A stretch of 64,000 bases of DNA. Origin: Patescibacteria group bacterium (GTDB lineage: Bacteria; Patescibacteriota; Patescibacteriia; UBA1558; GWA2-36-10). Of this stretch, positions 27,200-36,394 are shown one piece after another (within the stretch, counting starts at the first letter, position 1; each line of letters opens with the position of its first letter). The stretch is taken from assembly GCA_041662585.1 (NCBI GenBank), contig JBAZSG010000004.1:18173-82172 (forward strand), in the 5' to 3' direction. The translations under genes were made by a program, and so were the position numbers. Below the pieces are notes generated by a model. That model worked only from the letters and a program-made list of their open reading frames with translations. It made no database searches and was not told the origin of the DNA.

Positions 27200-27394
27200 G
27201 GTTTATGGTAATAATTAAATATATTTTATTGATTCTTTGTGTATTATAGCATAGATTTATAAAATTTATTAAACAAAAAACCACTAGCCAGAAGGCTACT
27301 GATTTTTTCATTGGCTCCGCCCTACGTCGCGCAGTGCTCCTCAGGACGTCGCAGTAAAAATAAAAATCCGAACAAAAGTTCAGATTTTTATTTT

Positions 27395-27469
27395 TGGCTC
27401 CGGGAGGGGGATTCGAACCCACGACCAATTGATTAACAGTCAACTGCTCTACCACTGAGCTATCCCGGA
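27395..27469 (-). tRNA. tRNA-Asn(GTT)
   Basis: Cloverleaf with loop CTGTTAA; CCA encoded. Confidence 0.95.
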
Positions 27470-27486
27470 ATATATATAATAAAGCT

Positions 27487-27563
27487 TGGTAGCAGGGGGG
27501 AGAATCGAACTCCCGACCTCAGGCTTATGAGTCCTGCGCTCTAACCAACTGAGCTACCCTGCC
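27487..27563 (-). tRNA. tRNA-Met(CAT), probably elongator
   Basis: Loop CTCATAA; G2-C71, C3-G70, A73; CCA encoded. Confidence 0.88.
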
Positions 27564-27590
27564 TTAGGGTTAATTTGTAATAATAAAGTT

Positions 27591-27666
27591 TGGTAGCGGG
27601 GGTCGGACTCGAACCGACGACCTCCAGGTTATGGGCCTGGCGAGCTGCCAACTGCTCTACCCCGCG
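27591..27666 (-). tRNA. Initiator tRNA-fMet(CAT)
   Basis: CGCGGGGTAGAGCAG 5' end, C1xU72 mismatch, loop CCCATAA. Confidence 0.9.
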
Positions 27667-27696
27667 TCATGAAAAAAGAAAATATTTATTTTGTTT

Positions 27697-27773
27697 TGGT
27701 CGGGGTGATCAGACTTGAACTGACGACCTCACGCACCCCATGCGTACGCGCTAGCCAACTGCGCTACACCCCG
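27697..27773 (-). tRNA. tRNA-Pro(GGG)
   Basis: CGGGGTGTAGCGCAG 5' end; loop ATGGGGT. Confidence 0.93.
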
Positions 27774-27827
27774 AATATTTCGTAAAGTATAGACAGTATA
27801 AAGGAATTTGATTTTACTGACAAGGTG

Positions 27828-27904
27828 TGGTGGACCCAACAGGACTTGAACCTGCGACCTCTTCCATGCCATGGAAGCGCTCTAGCCAACTGAGCTATGG
27901 GCCC
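27828..27904 (-). tRNA. tRNA-Ala(GGC)
   Basis: G3-U70 pair; loop ATGGCAT. Confidence 0.95.
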
Positions 27905-27905
27905 A

Positions 27906-27992
27906 TGGTACCGAAGAGAGGATTTGAACCTCCACGGGGTTGCCCCCACTGGATTTTGAGTCCAGCGCGTCTACCAGTTCCGCCACTTCGGC
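27906..27992 (-). tRNA. tRNA-Leu(CAA)
   Basis: GCCGAAGTGGCGGAA 5' end, loop CTCAAAA, long variable arm, A73. Confidence 0.95.
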
Positions 27993-28146
27993 TAATATTT
28001 TTATATAAACAAGGATGATTTTACAATAAAAATGATGTTTAGTCAAGACTATTTAAATATAATATCTTTTGCTCTAATGCTTGTAAGAATCTCTTAAAAA
28101 TGTATAATGATTATAATAATTATTAAATTTAGGAAGATTAATATAT

Positions 28147-28983
28147 ATGATAGCTAGTTTTATAATTACCTTGCGAGAAACGCTAGAGGCAGCTTTGATC
28201 GTGGGTATTGTGATTGGTATTTTAAAACGTAGTGGACAATATATCTACTATCGTATGGTGTGGTATGGAGTTTTAGCTGGGATAGCTTTGAGTATTTTAG
28301 GAGCAGCATTGTTTCAAAGATTTGTCGGAGGATTTTCTGGATCAGCAGAAGAATTATTTGAAGGTATTACCATGATAGTAGGTTCTATATTGATTACTAC
28401 TTTAATAATTTGGGTAATGCGAAGAAAAGACATTAATAGTAATATTAAAGATAAGATTAATAATCATTTATACAACGCTAGGCCTCTTAGTATATTTTTT
28501 ATGATTTTAGTAGCTGTTTTAAGAGAGGGAATTGAGACGGTTATTTTTTTAGAGTCAGCTAGTTTGGCTTCTGGTGAAAATAATCTATGGGCAGCTTTAT
28601 CAGGTATAGTAGTGGCAGTTGTTTTGGGCATAGCAATTTATTTTGGTTTTTTACATATTAATATCAAAAGGTTTTTTGCTATTACTAGTATTATTTTAAT
28701 ATTTTTTGCAGCTGGCCTTTTGGCTCATGGTGTGCACGAATTACAAGAAGTGGGAGTGTTGCCTGTATTTATTGAACAGATATGGGATATTAATCCTAGT
28801 GTTTTTGTAGATGGGGTATATCCTTTGTGGCACGAAAATGGATACATTGGTAGTTTTTTGAAAGGACTTTTTGGTTATAATGCAAATCCTAGTTTGCTAG
28901 AACTTTTAAGTTATATATTATATATTATAGTTATAGCTTATTTTTGGAAAAAAGCTGGACAGGGCAAAAAAATGAATGTTTAA
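28147..28983 (+). CDS. FTR1-family iron permease
   Basis: RETLE and REGIE motifs; about seven transmembrane segments. Confidence 0.9.
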   Translation: MIASFIITLRETLEAALIVGIVIGILKRSGQYIYYRMVWYGVLAGIALSILGAALFQRFVGGFSGSAEELFEGITMIVGSILITTLIIWVMRRKDINSNIKDKINNHLYNARPLSIFFMILVAVLREGIETVIFLESASLASGENNLWAALSGIVVAVVLGIAIYFGFLHINIKRFFAITSIILIFFAAGLLAHGVHELQEVGVLPVFIEQIWDINPSVFVDGVYPLWHENGYIGSFLKGLFGYNANPSLLELLSYILYIIVIAYFWKKAGQGKKMNV

Positions 28984-29009
28984 AATCATAAGAATTAATA
29001 AAAATACAA

Positions 29010-29762
29010 ATGCAAATATTGTCTTGGAATATAAATGGCATTAGAGCTGCCATACGAAAAGATTTTGTCGGTTTTCTCAAAAGACAAAAACCAGATATTA
29101 TTTGTTTGCAAGAAATCAAAATATCAAACGATAAGATAGCTCAAGAAGATTTTGATTTTGCAGATTATCAAGAATTTTACAATAGTGCCCAGCGTCCAGG
29201 CTATAGTGGCACAGCTATACTTGTCAAAAATGGTATCAAGGTAGATATTTTGCCAGACCTTCCTTGGGATGATGAGGGGCGTATCCAAGTACTTGATATT
29301 GGTAAATATTATCTTATAAATATTTATTTTCCCAACGCCAATCATGAATTGTCTAGATTGGATTTTAAGCTTGATTTTAGCGACAAGCTTTTGGCTTATT
29401 TAAAAAAATTGGAAAAAGATAAACCACTGATTATTACCGGAGATTACAATGTGGCTCATCAGGAAATAGATTTGGCTCGTCCCAAAGAAAATGTTGGCAG
29501 TCCTGGATTTACTGATGAAGAAAGAGCTTGGATGGACAAATTTTTAAAGGCTGGCTTTAAAGATACTTTTCGTGAGCTTTACCCTAGTAAGATTCAATAT
29601 TCTTGGTGGTCTTATCGGGCTATGGCTCGAGTCAATAATGTTGGTTGGCGCATAGATTATTTTTGTGTGTCAGACAAAATATTAAAAAAAATATCTCAGG
29701 CCTATATCTTGGACAAAGTCATGGGTTCAGACCATGCGCCAGTCGGTATTGAAATAAAATAA
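29010..29762 (+). CDS. xth: Exodeoxyribonuclease III / AP endonuclease
   Basis: SWNINGIRA, LQEIK, GDYNVAH, GWRIDY, GSDHAP. Confidence 0.93.
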   Translation: MQILSWNINGIRAAIRKDFVGFLKRQKPDIICLQEIKISNDKIAQEDFDFADYQEFYNSAQRPGYSGTAILVKNGIKVDILPDLPWDDEGRIQVLDIGKYYLINIYFPNANHELSRLDFKLDFSDKLLAYLKKLEKDKPLIITGDYNVAHQEIDLARPKENVGSPGFTDEERAWMDKFLKAGFKDTFRELYPSKIQYSWWSYRAMARVNNVGWRIDYFCVSDKILKKISQAYILDKVMGSDHAPVGIEIK

Positions 29763-29880
29763 AATTTATTTTGGCTAATATTAGTAAATAATTGTCATTA
29801 AATATTGACAATTTTTTGTTTTTGTGTTATGATTACAAAATATTTAGTTATTTTAAATTAAGCTCAATAAGGAGACAATC

Positions 29881-30408
29881 ATGAAGACGTTGTTGTTCGT
29901 ACTGGTTTTAATGGCGGTTTCCGCTACTATGGTCTGGGCAGAGTCTGAGGACTCTGTACATGAAATCTCTTCTGCTCTGAGCAGTCAGCAAATAGCGACA
30001 GCTGACAGTCTGATCTGGCACCTGTTTAGGTCGCCTAATCAGCCGAAACCCATTAGTTATGATCCGTTGGTTATGGGTTGCCAAGTATTTTTGGAAACAA
30101 AAGAAATATCAGCCGACAACGCTGGCTGGCTCTGGTCAATGGAGACCGACGATTTAATGCGAGCAGGCATTATTTCGAGTGAGTATTTAGTCTACCACGA
30201 AGTAGTGGTGAATGCCGGCTTGATCAGCGATCTGGTTGGCCGCTACCAACAGGTTTTGCTTTACGAACAAGGTAAGTTCTATCTAACGGAACAAGTCTGG
30301 TTCTACGAGCAAGTTTATTGGGGTAGAATACTGCTTGGGTACATAATAGCCCTTTTCTCTGGTATGGCCATTTTGTGGGTATCACGAAAGATTAGGCGAC
30401 GAGCCTAA
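29881..30408 (+). CDS. Hypothetical exported protein with C-terminal membrane anchor
   Basis: Signal peptide, C-terminal transmembrane segment plus basic tail; AGGAG upstream. Confidence 0.6.
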   Translation: MKTLLFVLVLMAVSATMVWAESEDSVHEISSALSSQQIATADSLIWHLFRSPNQPKPISYDPLVMGCQVFLETKEISADNAGWLWSMETDDLMRAGIISSEYLVYHEVVVNAGLISDLVGRYQQVLLYEQGKFYLTEQVWFYEQVYWGRILLGYIIALFSGMAILWVSRKIRRRA

Positions 30409-30492
30409 AGACCAGCTGGTCAAACATATTTGAGCAAAACAAAAACTTCGGTTCAACAGGCCGAAGTTTTAAATTTGAAAAAATATAAATTA

Positions 30493-31632
30493 TTAATTAA
30501 AAATATGGTCCGGATAATAATTTCTAGCATTCCATAGTAGCCAGCCACTGGTAGTAGATGCTTCTTCAGCTGCTTGAGCTTGAGCATCTATTTTTGTTTT
30601 GTCATAGACTGCTCGGATATCAAAGGCTTGCAACCAAGGTCGAATTGTTGCTCGGCTACTTCTAGAAGTACTGGAGCTGATTTCCAATCCATAAGCTATG
30701 ACATCATAAGGATGTTCAGCTGAGTTGCTAAAGCCCAAATAAGTCAAAGGATAATGAGAAGGATACATCATCGGAGAAACATAATCAAAATACTGTACAA
30801 CACTAGCTAGTCTTTGACCAATACCCAAATCATAGTCATCATCAGTATGATCCATGACCAGTCCAAAGGTGTCTATGGATATAGGAGCTAGATCGCTAAG
30901 ATTGTCGGATAGATATTTGAAAAATTTATCTAGCATACTGACTTTTGTTTCGCCAGCTGGGATATTGTAGGCAATATTTCCGATACTACCATCGCTAGGG
31001 TAGCGCATATAGTCAAAATTTATTTCATCAAAGCCTAGAGAGATAGCCTCTTTGGCTATTTTTAAATTATAGTCCCATACTTCTTCTTGAGCTGGGTCCA
31101 CCCAAGCTAGCCCGCTCTTATCATACCAAGTATTTCCATTGTAGGTCTTGATAGCCAGATCAGGTCTGCCTTCAGCTAGAGCTGGATCTTGAAAAACAGT
31201 TTGACGAGCTATGACATAGATATTTAAATCATGAAATTCTTTGAGTACCTTGGCCAAATCTGGTATACGATTGTTTTTGGCTTTGATATTTTGGACTTCA
31301 GGTATTTGACTATCATATAGTATATAGCCAGAATAATCTTTGATATCTATCACCACAGTATTGATACGACTGTCTTTTATTTTTTCCAAAATATTTGCTC
31401 TATAGCTATCACTACCAGCTGAATAAGCTGTCAAATAAATACCGCGCACATATTCTGGTAAATATGATTTTTTTTGTATTATAGTTGGCTCCACTGGTTG
31501 AGTATTATTTTTATCAAGCAACAGTGGTTTGAATATATTGCTAGCTGGGGTATTATTGAGAGCCAAAAAACTAAATACAGTGACTGTAAATATAATAAAA
31601 GAATGAAAAGCGGCAATATTTTTATTTGGCAT
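30493..31632 (-). CDS. Putative glycoside hydrolase (DUF4015-like)
   Basis: RGIYLT, VIDIKD, GFDEINFDYMRYP, PMMYPSHY, RPWLQAF. Confidence 0.8.
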   Translation of the reverse strand: MPNKNIAAFHSFIIFTVTVFSFLALNNTPASNIFKPLLLDKNNTQPVEPTIIQKKSYLPEYVRGIYLTAYSAGSDSYRANILEKIKDSRINTVVIDIKDYSGYILYDSQIPEVQNIKAKNNRIPDLAKVLKEFHDLNIYVIARQTVFQDPALAEGRPDLAIKTYNGNTWYDKSGLAWVDPAQEEVWDYNLKIAKEAISLGFDEINFDYMRYPSDGSIGNIAYNIPAGETKVSMLDKFFKYLSDNLSDLAPISIDTFGLVMDHTDDDYDLGIGQRLASVVQYFDYVSPMMYPSHYPLTYLGFSNSAEHPYDVIAYGLEISSSTSRSSRATIRPWLQAFDIRAVYDKTKIDAQAQAAEEASTTSGWLLWNARNYYPDHIFN

Positions 31633-31714
31633 AATAATAGTATAGCAGATTCATTTATATCTTGCATATGGATTTTACTTGAAAAAAATACCTTGCTCGG
31701 GTAAAATGTATATT

Positions 31715-32935
31715 ATGAAAAAATATATTATTATCATAGTGTTTGTAGTGCTCGGTGCAGCAGTGCTTGCCCGTGTTTTTTTTACTAAACATAACCAATC
31801 TAGTGCTTTAGATGGCCCCAGCGAGATAGTTGAAGAATTGAGCTATAAAGAAGAAATAGTCACCGTAGAGCCAGGTATGACATTTTCTACTATTTCTGAA
31901 GAAGTAGGAATTGGAGGGACCTTGATGATGAATATATTGTCAGCCAGTGAAGATGTCTATGATTTGGTAAAGATAAGGGCTGGCAGAGAAATAAAATTTC
32001 ATTTTGATAAAGTCACCGGAGATTTTGTTAAACTTATTTATCCTATAGACAGCGAAGAAGAGCTTTTTGTAGAATATGATGGAGAGGGTAATTTGGTGGC
32101 TCAGCGTCTAGGAATAGATTATGAAATAAAAATAAAGACCGTTGAGGGGACCATTGAGTCATCTCTTTATGAGTCAGCTGTTGAGCAGGCTGTAGATATC
32201 AGAGCTATTATTGAGCTAGCCGATGTGTTTGCTTGGACAGTAGATTTTGGTATGGGTATTAGAGTAGGCGATACTTACAAGTTTATATATGAAGAAAGAT
32301 ATAGAAATGGAGTCTATCAAATGCCAGGCAAAGTTTTGGCAGCCAAGTTTGTCAATGACGGTAAAACTATAGAAGGATATTATTTTTCAGAAGGGCTAGA
32401 TGAAGATGGAGATATTTTGGAAGGCTATTATCACCCAAGTGGTGAATCAGTGCAAAAGATATTTTTGAAAAATCCAGTATCATTTAAATATATTTCTTCT
32501 GGCTTTACCACTGGCAGAAGATATGTTGAAGCTTTCAATGTTTCTACAGGACATCGGGCTATTGATTATGCAGCAGCAGCTGGTACACCTATCAAATCAG
32601 TTGGAGATGGTACAGTTACCTTTGCTGGTTGGTCTACAGCTGGTTATGGTTATCTTACTAGTATCAGACACAATAGTGTCTTTAGTACCAACTATGCTCA
32701 TCAAAGTAAAATAGCTGTAACTTATGGTCAAAAAGTCACTCAAGGTCAGATTATTGGTTATGTCGGTTCTACCGGATTTTCAACTGGGCCACATCTTCAT
32801 TTTGAAATGGTCAAAAATGGTACCAAGATAAATCCCATGACGGTGGATATTCCATCTGACGAATCAATAGCCGAAGATCAGATGGATAAATTTAAAGCAG
32901 CTATTTCTGATTGGCAAAATCAATTGAATAACTAA
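31715..32935 (+). CDS. M23-family peptidoglycan endopeptidase (MepM-like)
   Basis: HRAIDYAA, YAHQS, GSTGFSTGPHLHFE. Confidence 0.9.
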   Translation: MKKYIIIIVFVVLGAAVLARVFFTKHNQSSALDGPSEIVEELSYKEEIVTVEPGMTFSTISEEVGIGGTLMMNILSASEDVYDLVKIRAGREIKFHFDKVTGDFVKLIYPIDSEEELFVEYDGEGNLVAQRLGIDYEIKIKTVEGTIESSLYESAVEQAVDIRAIIELADVFAWTVDFGMGIRVGDTYKFIYEERYRNGVYQMPGKVLAAKFVNDGKTIEGYYFSEGLDEDGDILEGYYHPSGESVQKIFLKNPVSFKYISSGFTTGRRYVEAFNVSTGHRAIDYAAAAGTPIKSVGDGTVTFAGWSTAGYGYLTSIRHNSVFSTNYAHQSKIAVTYGQKVTQGQIIGYVGSTGFSTGPHLHFEMVKNGTKINPMTVDIPSDESIAEDQMDKFKAAISDWQNQLNN

Positions 32936-32945
32936 TTATATAAAA

Positions 32946-33182
32946 ATGGATAATTTTGAATCTAAATATCAAAAAAATCAAGCCAAGCTTCAAGCTGACA
33001 TGGCCAAATCAAGCTGGACACTATCTTATCGTATCAAAGGTATGACTGCCGGAGCTTTGGTCATGCTTCTTTATATCAATTTTTATTTAGGACAAAATAA
33101 TCCCAAGATGATTATTGCTGGTGGAATACTAGGATATTTTTTGGGCTGGCTGGCTGGTAGTTTTTTTTACACCAAAAAGTAG
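32946..33182 (+). CDS. Small hypothetical membrane protein
   Basis: 78 aa, two hydrophobic segments, operon position. Confidence 0.55.
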   Translation: MDNFESKYQKNQAKLQADMAKSSWTLSYRIKGMTAGALVMLLYINFYLGQNNPKMIIAGGILGYFLGWLAGSFFYTKK

Positions 33183-33218
33183 ATTATGTGCTATAATTAA
33201 AGAAGATTTAGGTGTTTT

Positions 33219-33986
33219 ATGGCTAGAATAATTTCTATAGTAAATCAAAAAGGAGGAGTTGGAAAAACTACCACGTCCATAAATTTAGCGGCGTGGTTGG
33301 CTGCTTTTGGTAAGAGAGTTTTAATCATTGATATTGATCCACAAGGCAATGCTTCGTCTGGTTTGGGTATTGATTACAAAAATTTAAGCAAAGGTATGTA
33401 TGAAGTATTGGTTGATCCCAATACTCATATCAGTGAAGCTATCAGATCTTACCAAGCCAACTTTCATATTTTACCAACTACACCAGATTTGGCAGGAGCG
33501 GCTATAGATTTGGTAGAGACTAGCGAAAGAGAATTTCAACTGGAAAAACAAATAAAAGAAATAGCTGATCTTTACGATTTTATTTTGATAGACAATCCAC
33601 CATCTTTGGGTCTTTTGACCATCAATGGACTGGTAGCTTCTCGAGAAATTATTATTCCTGTTCAATGCGAATATTATGCTTTGGAAGGATTATCTCAACT
33701 GCTCAATACCATTAATCTCATAAAAGAACATCTTCAACCAGAACTAAATATACTAGGAGCAGTCATGACTATGTATGATAGTCGCAATAAATTGTCCAAC
33801 GATGTTTTCAATGAATTGTATCGTTATTTTCCAGCCAGGATTTTTAAGAGTGTCATACCTAGAAATATAAAAATAGCCGAATCTCCATCACATGGTTTGC
33901 CACTTAGGGATTATGCACCAAATTCATTGGGATCAAATGCCTACAAACGTCTAGCTCAAGAAGTAATATTAGCTAAATCAAAATAA
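33219..33986 (+). CDS. parA: Chromosome partitioning ATPase ParA/Soj
   Basis: NQKGGVGKTT, DIDPQGN, PVQCEYYALEG. Confidence 0.95.
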   Translation: MARIISIVNQKGGVGKTTTSINLAAWLAAFGKRVLIIDIDPQGNASSGLGIDYKNLSKGMYEVLVDPNTHISEAIRSYQANFHILPTTPDLAGAAIDLVETSEREFQLEKQIKEIADLYDFILIDNPPSLGLLTINGLVASREIIIPVQCEYYALEGLSQLLNTINLIKEHLQPELNILGAVMTMYDSRNKLSNDVFNELYRYFPARIFKSVIPRNIKIAESPSHGLPLRDYAPNSLGSNAYKRLAQEVILAKSK

Positions 33987-33990
33987 AATT

Positions 33991-34851
33991 ATGTCAGCAT
34001 TAGGAAAAGGACTGGGATCACTCATTCCCAATAAAAATCAAAAAGCTACAATACTCTCATCAGTCGTAGATGAAAATATTGATAATCAACAAATTCAACA
34101 AGTGGCTATTGCCGATATAGTTTCCAATCCTTGGCAACCACGTACACATTTTGATAGAGACAAGCTAGATGAATTGGCTGAGTCTATAAAACAACATGGT
34201 ATTTTACAACCCATTGTGGTTTGTAGGGTAGGCAACACCTATCAATTGATAGCTGGAGAAAGACGTTTTAAGGCCGCTGAACTTTTGGGATGGACAGAAG
34301 TGCCAGTCATTATCAAAGATGTAAGTGACAGAGATAAACTAGAATTATCTATTATTGAAAATATTCAGCGTCGTGATCTTAATCCCATAGAAACTGCCAA
34401 TAGCTACAAAAGACTAGCTGAAGAGTTTGCTTTGAGCAATGAAGAAATAGCCCAACAAGTTGGTAAAGGTGTTTCAACTGTAGCCAATTTTTTAAGACTT
34501 TTAAGATTACCAGTAGCTGTAAAAGAGGCTATTGCCAAAGAGGAAATCACAATGTCTCATGCCAAGATTATTCTCTCTTACCAAACAAAAGAAGAGCAGG
34601 TTAAAGCTTACAAACAGATTTTGAAAAATAAAATGTCAGTTAGTGATTTGCATGAGATGCAAAAAAAATCTGCTGTTAAAAAAGATAAAGATAAACCACG
34701 TGATCCAGTTTTGGCTTCTTGGGAAGATAAGCTTACCAAAAATATTGGTGCTAAGGTAAATATTCAAAAAAGAGGAGAACGAGGATTTGTAAAAATAAAT
34801 TTTCATTCTCACTCGGAGCTCAAAAATATTTTAGACAGATTGGAAAAATAA
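33991..34851 (+). CDS. parB: Chromosome partitioning protein ParB/Spo0J
   Basis: LGKGLGSLI, QPR, IAGERR, IENIQR. Confidence 0.95.
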   Translation: MSALGKGLGSLIPNKNQKATILSSVVDENIDNQQIQQVAIADIVSNPWQPRTHFDRDKLDELAESIKQHGILQPIVVCRVGNTYQLIAGERRFKAAELLGWTEVPVIIKDVSDRDKLELSIIENIQRRDLNPIETANSYKRLAEEFALSNEEIAQQVGKGVSTVANFLRLLRLPVAVKEAIAKEEITMSHAKIILSYQTKEEQVKAYKQILKNKMSVSDLHEMQKKSAVKKDKDKPRDPVLASWEDKLTKNIGAKVNIQKRGERGFVKINFHSHSELKNILDRLEK

Positions 34852-36282
34852 TTATTTTTTATTTAATTGAGATTTTATTTTATGTTTGGCCATGTTGGTG
34901 GCTACTATGTTTAACCAGTCTGAATTTGGTTTTTTTCTATTTTTGTTAGTAAGTATTTCTACAATATCACCAGATTTTAGTCTAGTATCAAGGGACGCCA
35001 TTTGATTGTTTATTTTGGCGCCTACACACTGACTACCAATATCAGTATGGATATAATAAGCAAAATCCAATGGTGTAGAATTTTCTGGTAATTCTACTAC
35101 ATCTCCTTTGGGGGTAAAGACAAAGATTTGATTTAAGAACAAATCATTTTTTATGTGTTTTACAAATTCGGTATTATCAGTGATAGTTTTTTGGATTTCT
35201 ATCAAATGTTCCAACCATTTAGGAGGGTTTTTCTTTTTGCCAAAACTTCCCAACTCTTTATATTTACTGTGGGCAGCAACACCAAATTCTGCTTCTTCAT
35301 CCATTTCTACAGTACGGATTTGTATTTCAACTATTTTAGAAAAATCAGTAAAAACCGAAGTATGAAGAGATCGGTAACCATTTGGTTTTGGCTGAGCAAC
35401 ATAGTCTTTAACGCGACCCTTAAGAGGTGTCCATTTTTTATGTAGTACTCCCATCGCACTGTAGCAATCTGCTATATTATCTACAACTATTCTTAAAGCT
35501 ATCAAATCGTATATTTTATTTATATCTTTTCCTTTACGTAGTAATTTTTGATAAATACTATAGATACTTTTAACTCGACTACGGATATTGTTAAAATCGA
35601 TATTATTTTTAATGAGTTCTTTTTGGGTTAATTTTTTTATTTTTTCTATATATTTTGTTTCGGATTTTAATCTATCTTCTATTAGATTCATAGTCCATTT
35701 ATATTCTTCGGGATAGACATAAGGAAAAGCCATGTCTTCTAGTTTGCTTTTGATACGAAACATGCCTAGACGATTGGCTAGAGGAGCATATATCTCCAAA
35801 GTTTCTTGGGCAATGCGTAGTCTTTTCTCTGGTCTGACACCATCTAGTGTTTCCATATTGTGCGTTCTATCAGCTAGTTTGATAATGATTACTCTAAAGT
35901 CTTGGCTCATAGCCAAAAACATTTTTCTCAAATTTTCAGCGTATCTTTCTAGACCGCGGTATTTAAATGTTCCTAATTTTGTAACGCCTTTGACTAGGTA
36001 GTGTATTTCATTGCCAAAATTGTTTTTGAGATCTTCAAAAGTAAAGTCAGTATCTTCTGGTACATCATGAAGCAGGCCAGCGGCTATAGAAGTGATATCC
36101 ATTTTCATCTCAGCCAGATTGTAGGCAGTAGCTATAGAGTGATATATATAATCCTCACCAGTTCTTCTTTTCTGGCCTTTGTGAGCTTCAGAAGCAAAAT
36201 GAAAAGCCTTGATAACTAGTTTCAAGTCATCGGCTGAGTAGTTGGCACTAAGTATCTTTTTTAAATCTTCAAAGGTTTTCAT
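34852..36282 (-). CDS. RelA/SpoT homologue (HD + synthetase + TGS, short C-terminus)
   Basis: LLHDVPEDT, KLADRTHN, PKPNGYRSLH, EIQIRT, VFTPKG. Confidence 0.92.
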   Translation of the reverse strand: MKTFEDLKKILSANYSADDLKLVIKAFHFASEAHKGQKRRTGEDYIYHSIATAYNLAEMKMDITSIAAGLLHDVPEDTDFTFEDLKNNFGNEIHYLVKGVTKLGTFKYRGLERYAENLRKMFLAMSQDFRVIIIKLADRTHNMETLDGVRPEKRLRIAQETLEIYAPLANRLGMFRIKSKLEDMAFPYVYPEEYKWTMNLIEDRLKSETKYIEKIKKLTQKELIKNNIDFNNIRSRVKSIYSIYQKLLRKGKDINKIYDLIALRIVVDNIADCYSAMGVLHKKWTPLKGRVKDYVAQPKPNGYRSLHTSVFTDFSKIVEIQIRTVEMDEEAEFGVAAHSKYKELGSFGKKKNPPKWLEHLIEIQKTITDNTEFVKHIKNDLFLNQIFVFTPKGDVVELPENSTPLDFAYYIHTDIGSQCVGAKINNQMASLDTRLKSGDIVEILTNKNRKKPNSDWLNIVATNMAKHKIKSQLNKK

Positions 36283-36394
36283 AATTTATTTATAAGGCAG
36301 TATTTATAGTAATATTTACTTAGCAAAATAGCAAGAGGCAATTTAAAAAGCCTCCCCCTGTTTAAGGGGAGGCTATAAAAGGTTAAATTTTTTA

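Noticed and set aside
27132-28018. ORFs across the tRNA cluster
   Set aside because: Spurious translations of tRNA genes.
33183-34851. parS site or replication origin near parAB
   Set aside because: No parS palindrome or DnaA-box cluster noticed by eye.
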